DNA of 64,000 nt from Octopus vulgaris (Eukaryota): the NCBI GenBank assembly GCA_951406725.2, contig OX597834.1, forward strand, positions 4,650,001 through 4,714,000. The letters are read 5' to 3'. Position 1 is the first letter of the stretch; the number at the start of each line of letters is the position of its first letter. The translations under genes and the position numbers were made by a program. This document shows positions 12,907 to 24,329 of the stretch, one piece after another. A model generated the notes under the pieces. That model did no database searches. It worked only from the letters and a program-made list of their open reading frames with translations, and had not been told where the DNA came from.

Positions 12907-13254
12907 CAACATCATAAGCGGAAAGTGTAACCTCTCGAAAGAGCTGTTCTTCACTCCTGTTCCAGAGCGTTTGCTGCGGGGTCATTCCGAAAAGCTCTAT
13001 CTGCGACGATTTCATCTCAATCGAAGGAGAGGGGCTTTCTCCGTCCGGGTTGCGGATCCGTGGAATAAGCTGCCGGACGAGATAGTGATGATGCCGACGA
13101 CCGCTCGGTTCAAAGTCTCCCTTGACCTCAAGTGGCCTGAACTCTTTACATGAACACCACCCTGTACATAACTCCATGTCCCCCTACATGGCCTTGCTTT
13201 TTTGCTTTTTGAGCCAAAAAAATTTACTAACTAACTAACTAACTAACTAACTAA
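12907..13254 (+). mobile_element. 5'-truncated CR1-like LINE 3' end with (CTAA)n tail
   Basis: Near-identical to 9737-10050; LRGHSEKL...RVADPWNKLPDEIV. Confidence 0.85.
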
Positions 13255-13369
13255 CATATTCCATCGTGCAACTGTTAAAGTCAGTAAAATGGACTTAAAA
13301 ATTCTAAGTAGAAAATGTTAAGAACATTATTCATTAATACAGAAGACAGTAAAGTGAAAATAAAAGGTG

Positions 13370-13520
13370 CCGGCGTGGCTGTGTGGTAAGAAGCTTGGTT
13401 CCAACCGTATAGTTCAGTACCAGTGTGGGACATTGGGCATGTGTCTTCTGCTTAAGCCTTTGGCAGACCAGAGCCTTCTGAATGGATTTCGTAGACAAAA
13501 ACTGAAAGAAGCTCGTCGTG
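13370..13520 (+). mobile_element. SINE family A 5' half, degenerate
   Basis: GTGGCTGTGTGGTAAG...AACTGAAAGAAGC. Confidence 0.75.
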
Positions 13521-14049
13521 TGTGTATATATGTATATATATATCAAAATAAGCAACACGATATCAAGAAGTGATGCAGTACGACCGTTTCAAGCGGCTCT
13601 ATTTAATTGAGCAAGGGTATAGAAGGGAATGGACAGACTGCTCCTCACTATAAGGATAAGAAAAATACTGGTAATAGAGACATACCTAATAATCAAGCCA
13701 CGATTTTGAGAGGCGTTGAGAGAACAGGTAGATTCCACCCTTACATGCGCCCTTACATGAAAATAACACATAGAATAGTTGTAGTAGGATTAATATTAAT
13801 AGTAATATTAATAATAATAATGGTATGAATATCAATAATATTAATAGCAGTAATTCTCCTAGTTGCAATTGTAGAGTTGCAATTGTAGATGTCTAATCCA
13901 AAACGTAATCTATAAGTTTACAATCACAGGTGTAGCTGGTAACTTTGTATATATAGGATGTTCAATAAATATGAAAAAAAATTAATAACCATTTTTCATC
14001 TTTTCGGCTCAAACATAATACCAATTGTACGTCCTTATCTAACAAGATT

Positions 14050-16300
14050 TGGGAACTGAAGGAATGCCGAATCGAATTTAGCCTTAAACGGGATATTATA
14101 AGGAAAGCGTATCCTTATAGAGATAGTTGATCTGGGTGCGAGCTGTGCTCTATGGAAACTTATGACACTTACCCCCTAAAAGAAAGCAAAACATAAAACT
14201 GTGCAACATATCTAGGAAACATACCAGGTGGTATAGTTGCGAAATGAAGTTAACACGTCTCGTGTTTCTTAATAACTAATATTCGTCTTCCATTCTGCAA
14301 CCGATATATCCGGGGTAAACTTACAGATAATGTTTTTTTTCTTCTTTATTTTGTTCTAGTCCTGGAACAACTGTGACTGAAACGTCTTGTCTTCCCAGTT
14401 GGTAAATCTTTTTTTATAAATAGTAGTCCCCCACTAAGTGCTGAAGCTAAAGAAACTAGACCGAATAAAGTAAGCGGAGCTTGTCTTTTTTATGGCAAGC
14501 GAAAATATTCTGAGCCAGTGGAAATAGAGTCAATGTCCATCGCCATAGTTTTCTTTTCAGCACTTAATTCCTCCTCTGTAATTTGCTACTAGCTAACTAT
14601 TTACGAAATCTAGGTGACGCTCTTACAATTTTTGCTCTTACTTATGACCAACCACGTTGATAATGGCGCCCGTCAATTTCCGTTTAAAAAGTTCGCTCTT
14701 GAGTCCATCGAAATATCTCTGCATCAAAAGATGGCATTCAACTTCCATTAACCCGTTTACTCACTCTGCATTGATCTCTTCTTAACTGATTGAATAGGTC
14801 ATAACTTTGTTGTCTGTGTAGCTAACTATGACCAACAGCCGACATCATAACCTCATACGATCTGCATGCAAGTTTGTAATTATGTCAAATCAATATTGAA
14901 GCATTCGAGAAATGCAGGTAAAACCTGCCAGGCCATTGGAGGGACAGAAGAAAATTTTCTGGCGTTTATACTTCCTTTCTTTCTCTCTGCTTCTGCAAGA
15001 CAAACTTTAAATTCCTGCAAAATACCATTCTAAAGGTACATTAGTACTAATGAACGCATTTTTACTAGGAGTATCACAGTCTAAAACAAATCTGTCCTAC
15101 CCACACCAGTCGCAACTTAAAATGACAGTAATATGGTGACCTCCATTGATCTGTTCATAGCAGTTCACACAGTTTGATGCACCGAAGTATTATGTGAGTC
15201 GAGGATATTTGTATTTACCTCGAAATGCAGGTGTTTCCGTAAAAGCAACCGTTTTTACATTCACGACGATGTAGCACACCACGTGGTCATTGACAACGAG
15301 TTCTCGTGGTTTCTCTCAGAAATTATAGGCTTGCTAATGTCTGCTACATCCGCTTATAATGAAAACATTTCCGGTAATTAACCCTCTTAGATTGCAAGAC
15401 TTTAACATCCACCAATCCCGTTGCACAACTGTTAGACGACGTTGAGGGTCAATCGATATTTTGATGCACTCTCAGAGCCTGCTTCACTTAGGACTTCAGC
15501 TTCGAAAAGCAGATGAACTGCGGATTAATGTATCTTATGAGAAGCCGTATTTCGTCTGCCGTTATGTTCTGAGTTCAAATTCCGCCGAGGTCGACTTTGC
15601 CTTTCATCCTTTCGGGGTCGATAAATTAAGTACCAGTTACGCACTGGGGTCGATGTAATCGACTTAATCCGTTTGTCTGTCCTTGTTTGCCCTCTCTATG
15701 TTTAGCCCCTTGTGGGTAGTAAAGAAACAATTATACATGTTCAGCGTACGATAAGCTTTCTAACTTTCGAAACTCTAACAGATGTCTTTACATTAGGAGC
15801 TTAGCTTTACCAGATCGTTGCGCAGAGATTGTTAGCAGGAGTTGTACCGCCTGACTAGTAAAAGGTGGACTTTTCACAAAAATTGAATAAAAGACGTCCC
15901 AATCTCACCAGAGGGTAATTGGGACGAGACAATGATCGACTAACTTACCCTGCCATCAAATTGCAGGTATCATTTTGTCTGGTTTGATTTGTTTCTCTGC
16001 AGCAGCCTCCATTTCCTTGAGAATTGTGCCGCCCACCAGCACCATCACCACCACCTTTTAGATGGTATCAGAAAAAATGATGGTGTCATCGTTTCTATAT
16101 ACTGAAACGGGTTTCCACGTCCTAGTTCCAAAATGATGCTCCCGAACGGTGTCTGCACCCGGCTCGAGAGCCATGTGCAATTCAGAAGAAATGGTATGTC
16201 CTGACATACAGAGCATGCTATGCGAAAGGGTTCCAAGAGGTCGTAGTTTTACTTTGATCCTCAAACAGATGCCACCGTGCATTGCATCCACCTGGCCCCT
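14050..16300 (-). pseudogene. Heavily decayed Ty3/Gypsy-like pol remnant (RT, RNase H, possibly integrase), interrupted by a SINE
   Basis: Minus-strand fragments in collinear order: SVY..DDTIIFSDT (YxDD-like), KQIKPDK, VNYRK..ADISKP, DRFVLDCDT (RNase H FxLxTDAS-like), EAERK, GGLLF..VVP; many stops and frameshifts. Confidence 0.5.
15544..15728 (+). mobile_element. SINE family B, single ~184-bp unit lacking the A-box head
   Basis: Matches one unit of the 1183-2149 array. Confidence 0.88.
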
Positions 16301-16613
16301 TATGTACCTTACACATCCACTTTTTTCCCCTTCTCTTCCCTAACTCAATTGCCTGTAACCTCTGGTTAGTTGTCCCCTTCATCATATTCGACGTGTCATT
16401 CCCTTCTAAGTGACCTGTATATGCATTTCCCCCATGAATATGTTAATTATAACTATCATACACACAGACACACACATTATATACACGCATAGACACAAGT
16501 TAATATATATATATATTGGTAAAACGGTAAGATAACAAAAAAAGAAAGAGACCTCAATATTATGTAAATAGAGGACATTTATCTATACAATATGTTACAT
16601 TACTCGATAGTCA

Positions 16614-16676
16614 AGATAAAACTCTGAGTTTCAGATGCCGAAGTGGAAATCCACAACACCATCTCTTCGGTTATCT
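16614..16676 (-). ncRNA. Hammerhead-like motif, left arm
   Basis: Mirror of 17370-17432. Confidence 0.55.
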
Positions 16677-17369
16677 GGCTATTTGAAAACGTTATGAAAA
16701 AATACCGTTAAATAAAGGGAAATTACTCTGTTATAACTCTGCTTGCCTGCGTACTTATACATCGCTCGCATTTTTCGTCATAAAAATTATATAAAAATAC
16801 ATAAAAAATATATAAAAAATATATAAAAATATATAAAAATATATAAATTCTTCTTGGGACATAACATAGAAAGCATGTTCTATCTGTTTTCTTTAGGGGA
16901 CCAAAAACGTAACAGAAATTTAGTCACATGTGGGCATGATCCGAAAAGCTCTGTCTTTGTATTTAGACATGTAGTAGGGTCTAAGCTGCTTTTCCAGATT
17001 AGGCATCTCTCCAAGGTGCGGTCTATGCGACATGGAGAGATGGCTTATCTGGAAAAGCAGCTTAGACTCTACTACATGTCTAAATACAAGGACAGAGCTT
17101 TTCGGATCATGCCCACATGTGACTAAATTTCTGTTACGTTTTTGGTCCCCTAAAGAAAACAGATAGAACATGCTTTCTATGTTATGTCCCAAGAAGAATT
17201 TATATATTTTTATATATTTTTATATATTTTTTATATATTTTTTATGTATTTTTATATAATTTTTATGACGAAAAATGCGAGCGATGTATAAGTACGCAGG
17301 CAAGCAGAGTTATAACAGAGTAATTTCCCTTTATTTAACGGTATTTTTTCATAACGTTTTCAAATAGCC

Positions 17370-17432
17370 AGATAACCGAAGAGATGGTGTTGTGGATTTC
17401 CACTTCAGCATCTGAAACTCAGAGTTTTATCT
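17370..17432 (+). ncRNA. Hammerhead-like motif, right arm (U4C variant, extra U before GAAA)
   Basis: AGATAA-CCGAAGA-GATG..CATC-T-GAAAC-TCAGA-GTT-TTATCT; helix I AGATAA/TTATCT. Confidence 0.55.
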
Positions 17433-17454
17433 TGACTACCGAGTAATGTAACAT

Positions 17455-17493
<39 letters not shown>

Positions 17494-17498
<5 letters not shown>

Positions 17499-17689
17499 TA
17501 ATCCAAACATGAAAGCAGAAAAAAAAACACAACAACGCCAGGACGTGGAACAAATATAGTATTATTGGACGCTCAGGAAAGAAGGAGGGTTAAACGTTTC
17601 GAGCGGAGCTCTTCGTCGGCAACATAGGAGAAGGAAAGATCCAGAGAAGGGAAGACAGAGGAAAAAAAATCGCCAACGGTAAACACGCG

Positions 17690-17693
<4 letters not shown>
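17494..17693 (-). mobile_element. TA-embedded hammerhead-bearing element (paralog of 10492-10705)
   Basis: Minus 17589-17623: GTTG-CCGACGA-A-GAGC-TCC-GCTC-GAAAC-GTT-TAAC. Confidence 0.78.
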
Positions 17694-17772
<79 letters not shown>

Positions 17773-17783
17773 TTGTGTGTTTA

Positions 17784-20170
17784 CTGTATTTGCCGGTGCA
17801 TTGGACGTACCTTCACATGAGATGCATCTCTATTTTGCAGGGATATTTTGCTGGAAAAAACAATTTTAGTATGTTCCATCATACACTTATTGAAAGAAAT
17901 TTTAAACTGGTCTTTGTAGGGGAAATTGTATGATTCTGTGGATGAAATACAATATTGCGACAGTATACTGGAATAAAGTATGAAATCATATGTAGCTTTA
18001 CACTCACCTTTAAAAGAAACTAAATTAAATTTGCCATAGCAAAAAAAAAAAAAAAAATTCTGGTGCATCAAACAAAAAGCAAATATACTGATTAAAAACT
18101 GGTGCAAACCAATCAGCTAAGTACAATAAATGAGATGAATTTTATGGATAGTTGCAGTTATTCGTTCTCGCTGTTGCCATCCATATTATCGATACTCTCT
18201 TCATCAGTGGAATTCTCTGCAATAGAATCTGGGTCATCAATATCTTCTAACAATAAATCGTCCTCAGTACCATCAAGGGCATTATTAATGCCACATTTTT
18301 TAAAACATGATTTCACAACTATTTCTTCTTTTACAGCGTTCCATGAACCTTTTGCCCATCCACACACCTCTATAATAATAGGCCTCTTCTTACTTCCTGA
18401 TAGTGTCACTTAAAAATCTGAAGACTGCATCTACTCCCCCACCCCGCAGGAATCTTTTAAATGGTTTACTGCTTGAAACATCTAAATGCTGTAACTGCCT
18501 TGTTAGGCCTCCTGGAATTACAACTATCTGGGTCTTCACTCCTTTAGGTTTCCTCTTAACAAGCTTAGTTCTATGAGCCCGAAACCGATCCCAAACAAAT
18601 AAGGCAAGTTTCTTTAATAGCCCACCAGGACGCCAGGACCACATTTTATCCAGCCACATTTCCATTCCTCTCTCATCTATCCAACCTTTGGGGAGAGTTT
18701 GAGTATAAATGCCATTGGGTATCCTGTCTTTAAGCAATCTTTCTTTTAAAAATTAACTAAGGTGACAGTTTTGTACCATCAGCGCAGCATGCTGATACAA
18801 CTGTGTAGTGTGTATTTTCATGGCCACATACTTTAACAGCCACAGTTTTATCACCCTTGAGTTCTACCGTCTTCTTTGGTGGCACATCAAATGCCAAAGT
18901 GACGTCGTCAATATTTGCTATCTGTGGAAGTTCGAAATTAGCTTCTTTCCTTGCATTAATGAGCTACCTGTGAAACTTAAGTATTTGTTCTTCATATTCA
19001 GGGGTATTTTTTGTGCTTTTCTTCTCCTAGCCCTCATACAGAGATTATTTCTCTCTTCATAAATCTGGAATACCATGGTGATGACCCTTTAAAATCATCG
19101 ATATCTCTGTCCATTGCTATAAGCTTTGAATGGTACATATTCATTAGAGTGGATACTGAAAAACCCGATCTTCTTTAGTCAAAAATCCATGTTTTTCATT
19201 ATTTTAGTTCATGCCACTTTACAACACACCTGCGGAGGCAGTCTTTGCTACGTTTAGCAGCTTTCAACTGCACTTCTTGTATCCTCCAAGTCCTTAGCAT
19301 TTTCTCGGTTGTTGGTGGACCAAAATACCGAGCAGCTGCCTATTACCAGGGTCTTTTGCGTATTCTACATCTAGTTTAAATTTAAAGTTATAACGGTGCA
19401 TTTTTTTCTGTTTTCCATGGGTTTGGACTTTGTACAAAATTTACCGTAAATAAATTTATGGAAAACCGTACCCCAACTCTGGCCTGCTCTTAGATCAGCC
19501 CCATAGTTTATATTTCGGGTAAGAGAATTGCTATACGGAATGTGAAACTCGTATTCCTGGATGTGATGTTTTGTGTTACCGCGACAGGCTAGAATGTGGA
19601 AAATAAGAGATAAAAAGGCTAAAAGAGTCAAACATAAATGAATGACCAAGAAAGGAACACAACAGAAAGGGGGCGCTGTTGTAAAAGCAAAGCCTCCGAC
19701 GCATCATCTGATCTGATTATTGCAAATGGCTGCCGGCGGATGGAAGTTTACTAATATTCTTTTGAAGTTTCTAGCAGCATTTTTCATTCAGATAATGAAC
19801 AAATCTATCCTAAAGCTAAACCAGTCATTAGATAATGTAATACATATATCAGGAGTGGGTTATATATGCTGGGTTATGTAACTACCGACGTATCATAAGC
19901 AGTATTTCACAAGACTGTGATAACAGTCTGTGATAATTCGGCTCGTGTTCTATATTTTATTATTAGTAGCACAATTTACAGTAATATTTTGGTTTGTTTT
20001 AATTATTAGCAACAATGTTTATACCCAGGGAACTTACCCAGTATGCTCGTCCGACTCTCTAGCCTAGGGCGCTCGGTCTCACATCTGTAATACGGCCGCA
20101 TTAGATGCAGGGCAATTTTTTGATACATTCAAAAATTAGAAAAGCGGGTCCAATCTGCCGGCAAATACGG
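17784..20170 (-). mobile_element. Pogo/Tigger-family DNA transposon with TIRs
   Basis: Left CTGTATTTGCCGGTGCATTGGAC versus reverse complement of right end CCGTATTTGCCGGCAGATTGGAC; internal DDE transposase remnant. Confidence 0.8.
18158..19370 (-). pseudogene. Frameshifted pogo-type (DDE_1) transposase
   Basis: KGWIDE..WLDKMW..RPGGLLKKLALFVWDRFRAH..VIPGGLT.QLQHLDVS..KPFK and KSCFKKCGI.NALDGTEDD in adjacent frames; upstream limit approximate. Confidence 0.82.
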
Positions 20171-20304
20171 AACATATATATGTATGTATATGTATATAGA
20201 GGTATACACATATGTAAATGTATATGAGTACATACATGTAACGTATATATGTAAATATAGTACATATATAGCGATATACACATAAATAAACACACACACA
20301 TATA

Positions 20305-21157
20305 TGAGAGGGTACCCAAAAGTAATGCTCTCTGTTGCATAAGCCCGTTGTAGTTCAGGCTTCCACAGCTAGAAGCCACTTGATGCAACCCTCAGGCATC
20401 AGTACGTGGTGCCTCTATGTGTTGTAGTGCTTCTCCGCTGTTCGTCGATTTTTGCGATGGCTTAAACGAAGGAACAGCCTGCTTCCGTGAAATTCTGTTT
20501 GCAGCTGGGGAAAGCGGTCACCGAAACAGTTGTCATGCTTCAAACAGATTACAAAGAAGCTCCCATGAACAAAATCGGCGCTTCTGAGTGGTTTCCAGGC
20601 TTTGGGAACGATCATTTATCGCTTGAAGACCAACCTCGTTCAGGACGACCGTCGACCCCCCGAACGAGTGAAAACATCATTAAGATTCATGAACTAATCT
20701 TCAAGGATCGTCACCGAAAAATTGATGAACTTGCTGACATGACAGGTGTGTCCTTGAGCTCCTGCCAAGGAATTTCGTGTGAGGAATTGCGAATGAAAAG
20801 AGTTGTAGCAAAATTTGTGCCTCGCTTGCTCACAGAAGATAAAAAGCAGTTACAACTGTATGCATATCGTGAACTGAAAGAACAGTTGGAAGTTGATCCG
20901 GACCTTTCGTCTAAGGTCATCACTGGTGATGGAAATTTGTGCTACGGAATTTGCAGATGTGGAAGAGGTGAAGAAAAACACAACGGAGATGTTAAAAGGC
21001 AAGAGTTCCAGGACTGCTTGGAATTGTGGAAAACGCGCCGGGACAGATGTATTGCTTCAAATTGCGGATATTTTGACGGCGATGACAGTGTAAACATGGA
21101 AATCTAAGGGAATAAAATGATGTTGCAAAATTTCGGTTTCTGTTGGGCCCACCCTCG
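20305..21157 (+). mobile_element. Internally deleted mariner-like element
   Basis: TA-flanked degenerate TIRs (TGAGAGGGTACCCAAAA versus reverse complement CGAGGGTGGGCCCAACA); transposase fragment inside. Confidence 0.8.
20487..21107 (+). pseudogene. Mariner transposase fragment (HTH domains, first catalytic D motif, most of the catalytic domain deleted)
   Basis: KFCLQLGK..TET; LEDQPRSGRPST; AKFVPRLLT (WVPxxL-like); KVITGD; then jumps to W..R..RCI...G.YF.GD. Confidence 0.85.
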
Positions 21158-21199
21158 TATATATGTGAAGGTGTGCATATACTCACACACACATACACA

Positions 21200-21390
21200 T
21201 TCTTATATTTGCTTCAGTCATTCGACTGCGACCATGCTGAAGCACAGCCTTTAGTCGAACAATTCGACTCCAGGACTTATTCTTTGTAAGCTTATTCTAT
21301 CGGTCCTTTTGCCGAACCGCTAGTTTACGGGGACGTAAACACACCAACATCGGTTGTCAAGCGATAGTGGCGAGACAAACACAGACAACA

Positions 21391-21487
<97 letters not shown>

Positions 21488-21536
21488 TACAACGGCGGTG
21501 CATCAGCATGGCCGCAGCTCTGAGCTGAAACTATTA

Positions 21537-21585
<49 letters not shown>

Positions 21586-21725
21586 GACGGGCATCTTACA
21601 GTTTCCGTCTACTAAATCCACTCACAAGGCTTTGGTTGGCTCATGGCTATAGTAGAAGACACTTGCCCAAGGTTTTACGCATGTGGTTGGTAATCATGCT
21701 TCTTACCACACAACCACGCCTGCGC
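21200..21725 (-). mobile_element. SINE family A with an opposite-orientation SINE tail fragment (21487-21540) in its TA tract
   Basis: Family A similarity; insert GGCGGTGCATCAGCATGGCCGCAG...CTGAAAC. Confidence 0.8.
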
Positions 21726-22034
21726 TATATATATATATATATATATATTTCAACAATTGAGGGTAAAATTAATTAATTATTAATCAATTTCACCAAGTGT
21801 TCAGTATGCAAAGGGACCATTTAAGGCGAATTCAAATTATTACATTATATAAAAGGGCTTAGTAAAATAAATTACTTTGCCGCATACTGAACTCATTAGA
21901 AATAGCAGCTAAAAAACTTTTTTAAAGCTATTTCTAATACTTAAAGAAAATCTCTCTCATATATAGTGTTTGCTTAATTCAACTCACAAAAGTTTGGGGG
22001 TAAGGACATCAACAAATCAAATGCTAAGGTTATT

Positions 22035-22086
22035 TGAGAACGTACGTTTCAAGATTAGTCAAAACAACACTTCTATCATCAGCTCA
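22035..22086 (-). ncRNA. Minimal type I hammerhead motif, unit 1
   Basis: Reverse complement of 23396-23447. Confidence 0.7.
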
Positions 22087-22579
22087 GAAACTCCTTGGTT
22101 TGGATTTGGAAACACTGAAAGTAAGAACATACCCTTTCGAAGATCTGCTCGCAACTAACAGTGCCAACGAACCCAAATAAGCAAGCGAAGAATTTCTGTT
22201 CTCCCCTTTCCACCAGCGTGGGTTAAAATCATCAAACACTATGCTTATTTCGGTAAAATCCGAAGCATTAATTAGAGGGAGATTAATTATAATTTCAACA
22301 ATTGAGGGTAAAATTAATTAATTATTAATCAATTTCACCAAGTGTTCAGTATGCAAAGGGACCATTTAAGGCGAATTCAAATTATTACATTATATAAAAG
22401 GGCTTAGTAAAATAAATTACTTTGCCGCATACTGAACTCATTAGAAATAGCAGCTAAAAAACTTTTTTAAAGCTATTTCTAATACTTAAAGAAAATCTCT
22501 CTCATATATAGTGTTTGCTTAATTCAACTCACAAAAGTTTGGGGGTAAGGACATCAACAAATCAAATGCTAAGGTTATT

Positions 22580-22631
22580 TGAGAACGTACGTTTCAAGAT
22601 TAGTCAAAACAACACTTCTATCATCAGCTCA
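22580..22631 (-). ncRNA. Minimal type I hammerhead motif, unit 2
   Basis: Reverse complement of 23396-23447. Confidence 0.7.
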
Positions 22632-23395
22632 GAAACTCCTTGGTTTGGATTTGGAAACACTGAAAGTAAGAACATACCCTTTCGAAGATCTGCTCGCAAC
22701 TAACAGTGCCAACGAACCCAAATAAGCAAGCGAAGAATTTCTGTTCTCCCCTTTCCACCAGCGTGGGTTAAAATCATCAAACACTATGCTTATTTCGGTA
22801 AAATCCGAAGCATTAATTAGAGGGAGATTAATTATAATTTCAACAATTGAGGGTAAAATTAATTAATTATTAATCAATTTCACCAAGTGTTCAGTATGCA
22901 AAGGGACCATTTAAGGCGAATTCAAATTATTACATTATATAAAAGGGCTTAGTAAAATAAATTACTTTGCCGCATACTGAACTCATTAGAAATAGCAGCT
23001 AAAAAACTTTTTTAAAGCTATTTCTAATACTTAAAGAAAATCTCTCTCATATATAGTGTTTGCTTAATTCAACTCACAAATGTAATATATAATGTAATAA
23101 TTTGAATTCGCCTTAAATGGTCCCTTTGCATACTGAACACTTGGTGAAATTGATTAATAATTAATTAATTTTACCCTCAATTGTTGAAATTATAATTAAT
23201 CTCCCTCTAATTAATGCTTCGGATTTTACCGAAATAAGCATAGTGTTTGATGATTTTAACCCACGCTGGTGGAAAGGGGAGAACAGAAATTCTTCGCTTG
23301 CTTATTTGGGTTCGTTGGCACTGTTAGTTGCGAGCAGATCTTCGAAAGGGTATGTTCTTACTTTCAGTGTTTCCAAATCCAAACCAAGGAGTTTC

Positions 23396-23447
23396 TGAGC
23401 TGATGATAGAAGTGTTGTTTTGACTAATCTTGAAACGTACGTTCTCA
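23396..23447 (+). ncRNA. Minimal type I hammerhead motif, inverted unit
   Basis: TGAG-CTGATGA-(TAGA..TCTT)-GAAAC-GTAC-GTT-CTCA; helix I TGAG/CTCA; palindromic AACGTACGTT helix III; helix II weak. Confidence 0.7.
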
Positions 23448-23644
23448 AATAACCTTAGCATTTGATTTGTTGATGTCCTTACCCCCAAACTTTTGTGAGT
23501 TGAATTAAGCAAACACTATATATGAGAGAGATTTTCTTTAAGTATTAGAAATAGCTTTAAAAAAGTTTTTTAGCTGCTATTTCTAATGAGTTCAGTATGC
23601 GGCAAAGTAATTTATTTTACTAAGCCCTTTTATATAATGTAATA

Positions 23645-23680
<36 letters not shown>

Positions 23681-23699
23681 AAAGAGAGAGAGACAGAGT

Positions 23700-23895
23700 G
23701 AAGACTATTGGAAAGGTTGCAAGGCGCAACGAAAATTTTATAAAAATAAAAATAAAAAATAAGTGGAAATTTTACCGGTGAGTGTGTTACATTATAAGGC
23801 ACAAAAAGAAAATAACTCTCCCCAGACACAACAGAATACGCTTCAACACACGAACTCATATAAAGAATCTTGCAAACCAAATCCAAAAACGAAAT
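23700..23895. mobile_element. Partial copy of the 12425-12685 hairpin element
   Basis: TTTACCGGTGAGTGTGTTACATTATAAGGCACAAAAAGAAAATAACTCTCCCCAGACACAACAG shared. Confidence 0.75.
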
Positions 23896-23920
23896 GTGTG
23901 TATATATATATATATATATA

Positions 23921-24329
23921 TACTCTCCCTTTTACTCTTTTACTTGTTTCTGTCATTTGACTGCGGCCATGCTGGAGCACCGCCTTTAGTCGAGAAAATC
24001 GACCCCGGGACTTATTCTTTGTAAGCCTAATACTTATTCTATCGGTCTCTTTTACCGAACCTCTAGGTGACGGGGACGTAAACACACCAGCATCGGTTGT
24101 CAAGCAATGCTAGGGAGACAAACACAGACACACATACATACATATATATATATATATACATATATATATACGACAGGCTTCTTTCAGTTTCCGTCTACCA
24201 AATCCACTCACAAGGCATTCGTCGGCCCGAGGCTATAGTAGAAGACACTTGCCCAAGGTGCCACGCAGTGGGACTGAACCCGGAACCATGTGGTTGGTTA
24301 GCAAGCTACTTACCACACAGCCACTCCTG
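23921..24329 (-). mobile_element. SINE family A
   Basis: Same structure as 2970-3415. Confidence 0.92.

Larger units (their letters stand above)
16517..17462. mobile_element. Fold-back element: ~880-bp palindrome (16584-17462) plus unpaired left tail, in (TA)n
   Basis: Arms mirror about position 17023 with few mismatches; mirrored ORFs 16854+ and 17192-. Confidence 0.9.
21748..23648. mobile_element. 545-bp unit array: 2.45 direct copies, then one inverted circularly permuted copy, in (TA)n
   Basis: CAACAATTGAGGG at 21751, 22296, 22841; inverted block about 23087-23648 with AATGTAATAA at 23091 and 23636; identical 62-aa ORF in three copies. Confidence 0.93.

Noticed and set aside
16854-17192. 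Mirrored 90-aa ORFs
   Set aside because: Consequence of the palindrome; no recognisable protein
21970-22158. Repeated 62-aa ORF in the 545-bp unit
   Set aside because: TTG start, no recognisable domain, antisense to the ribozyme; recurrence reflects DNA duplication only
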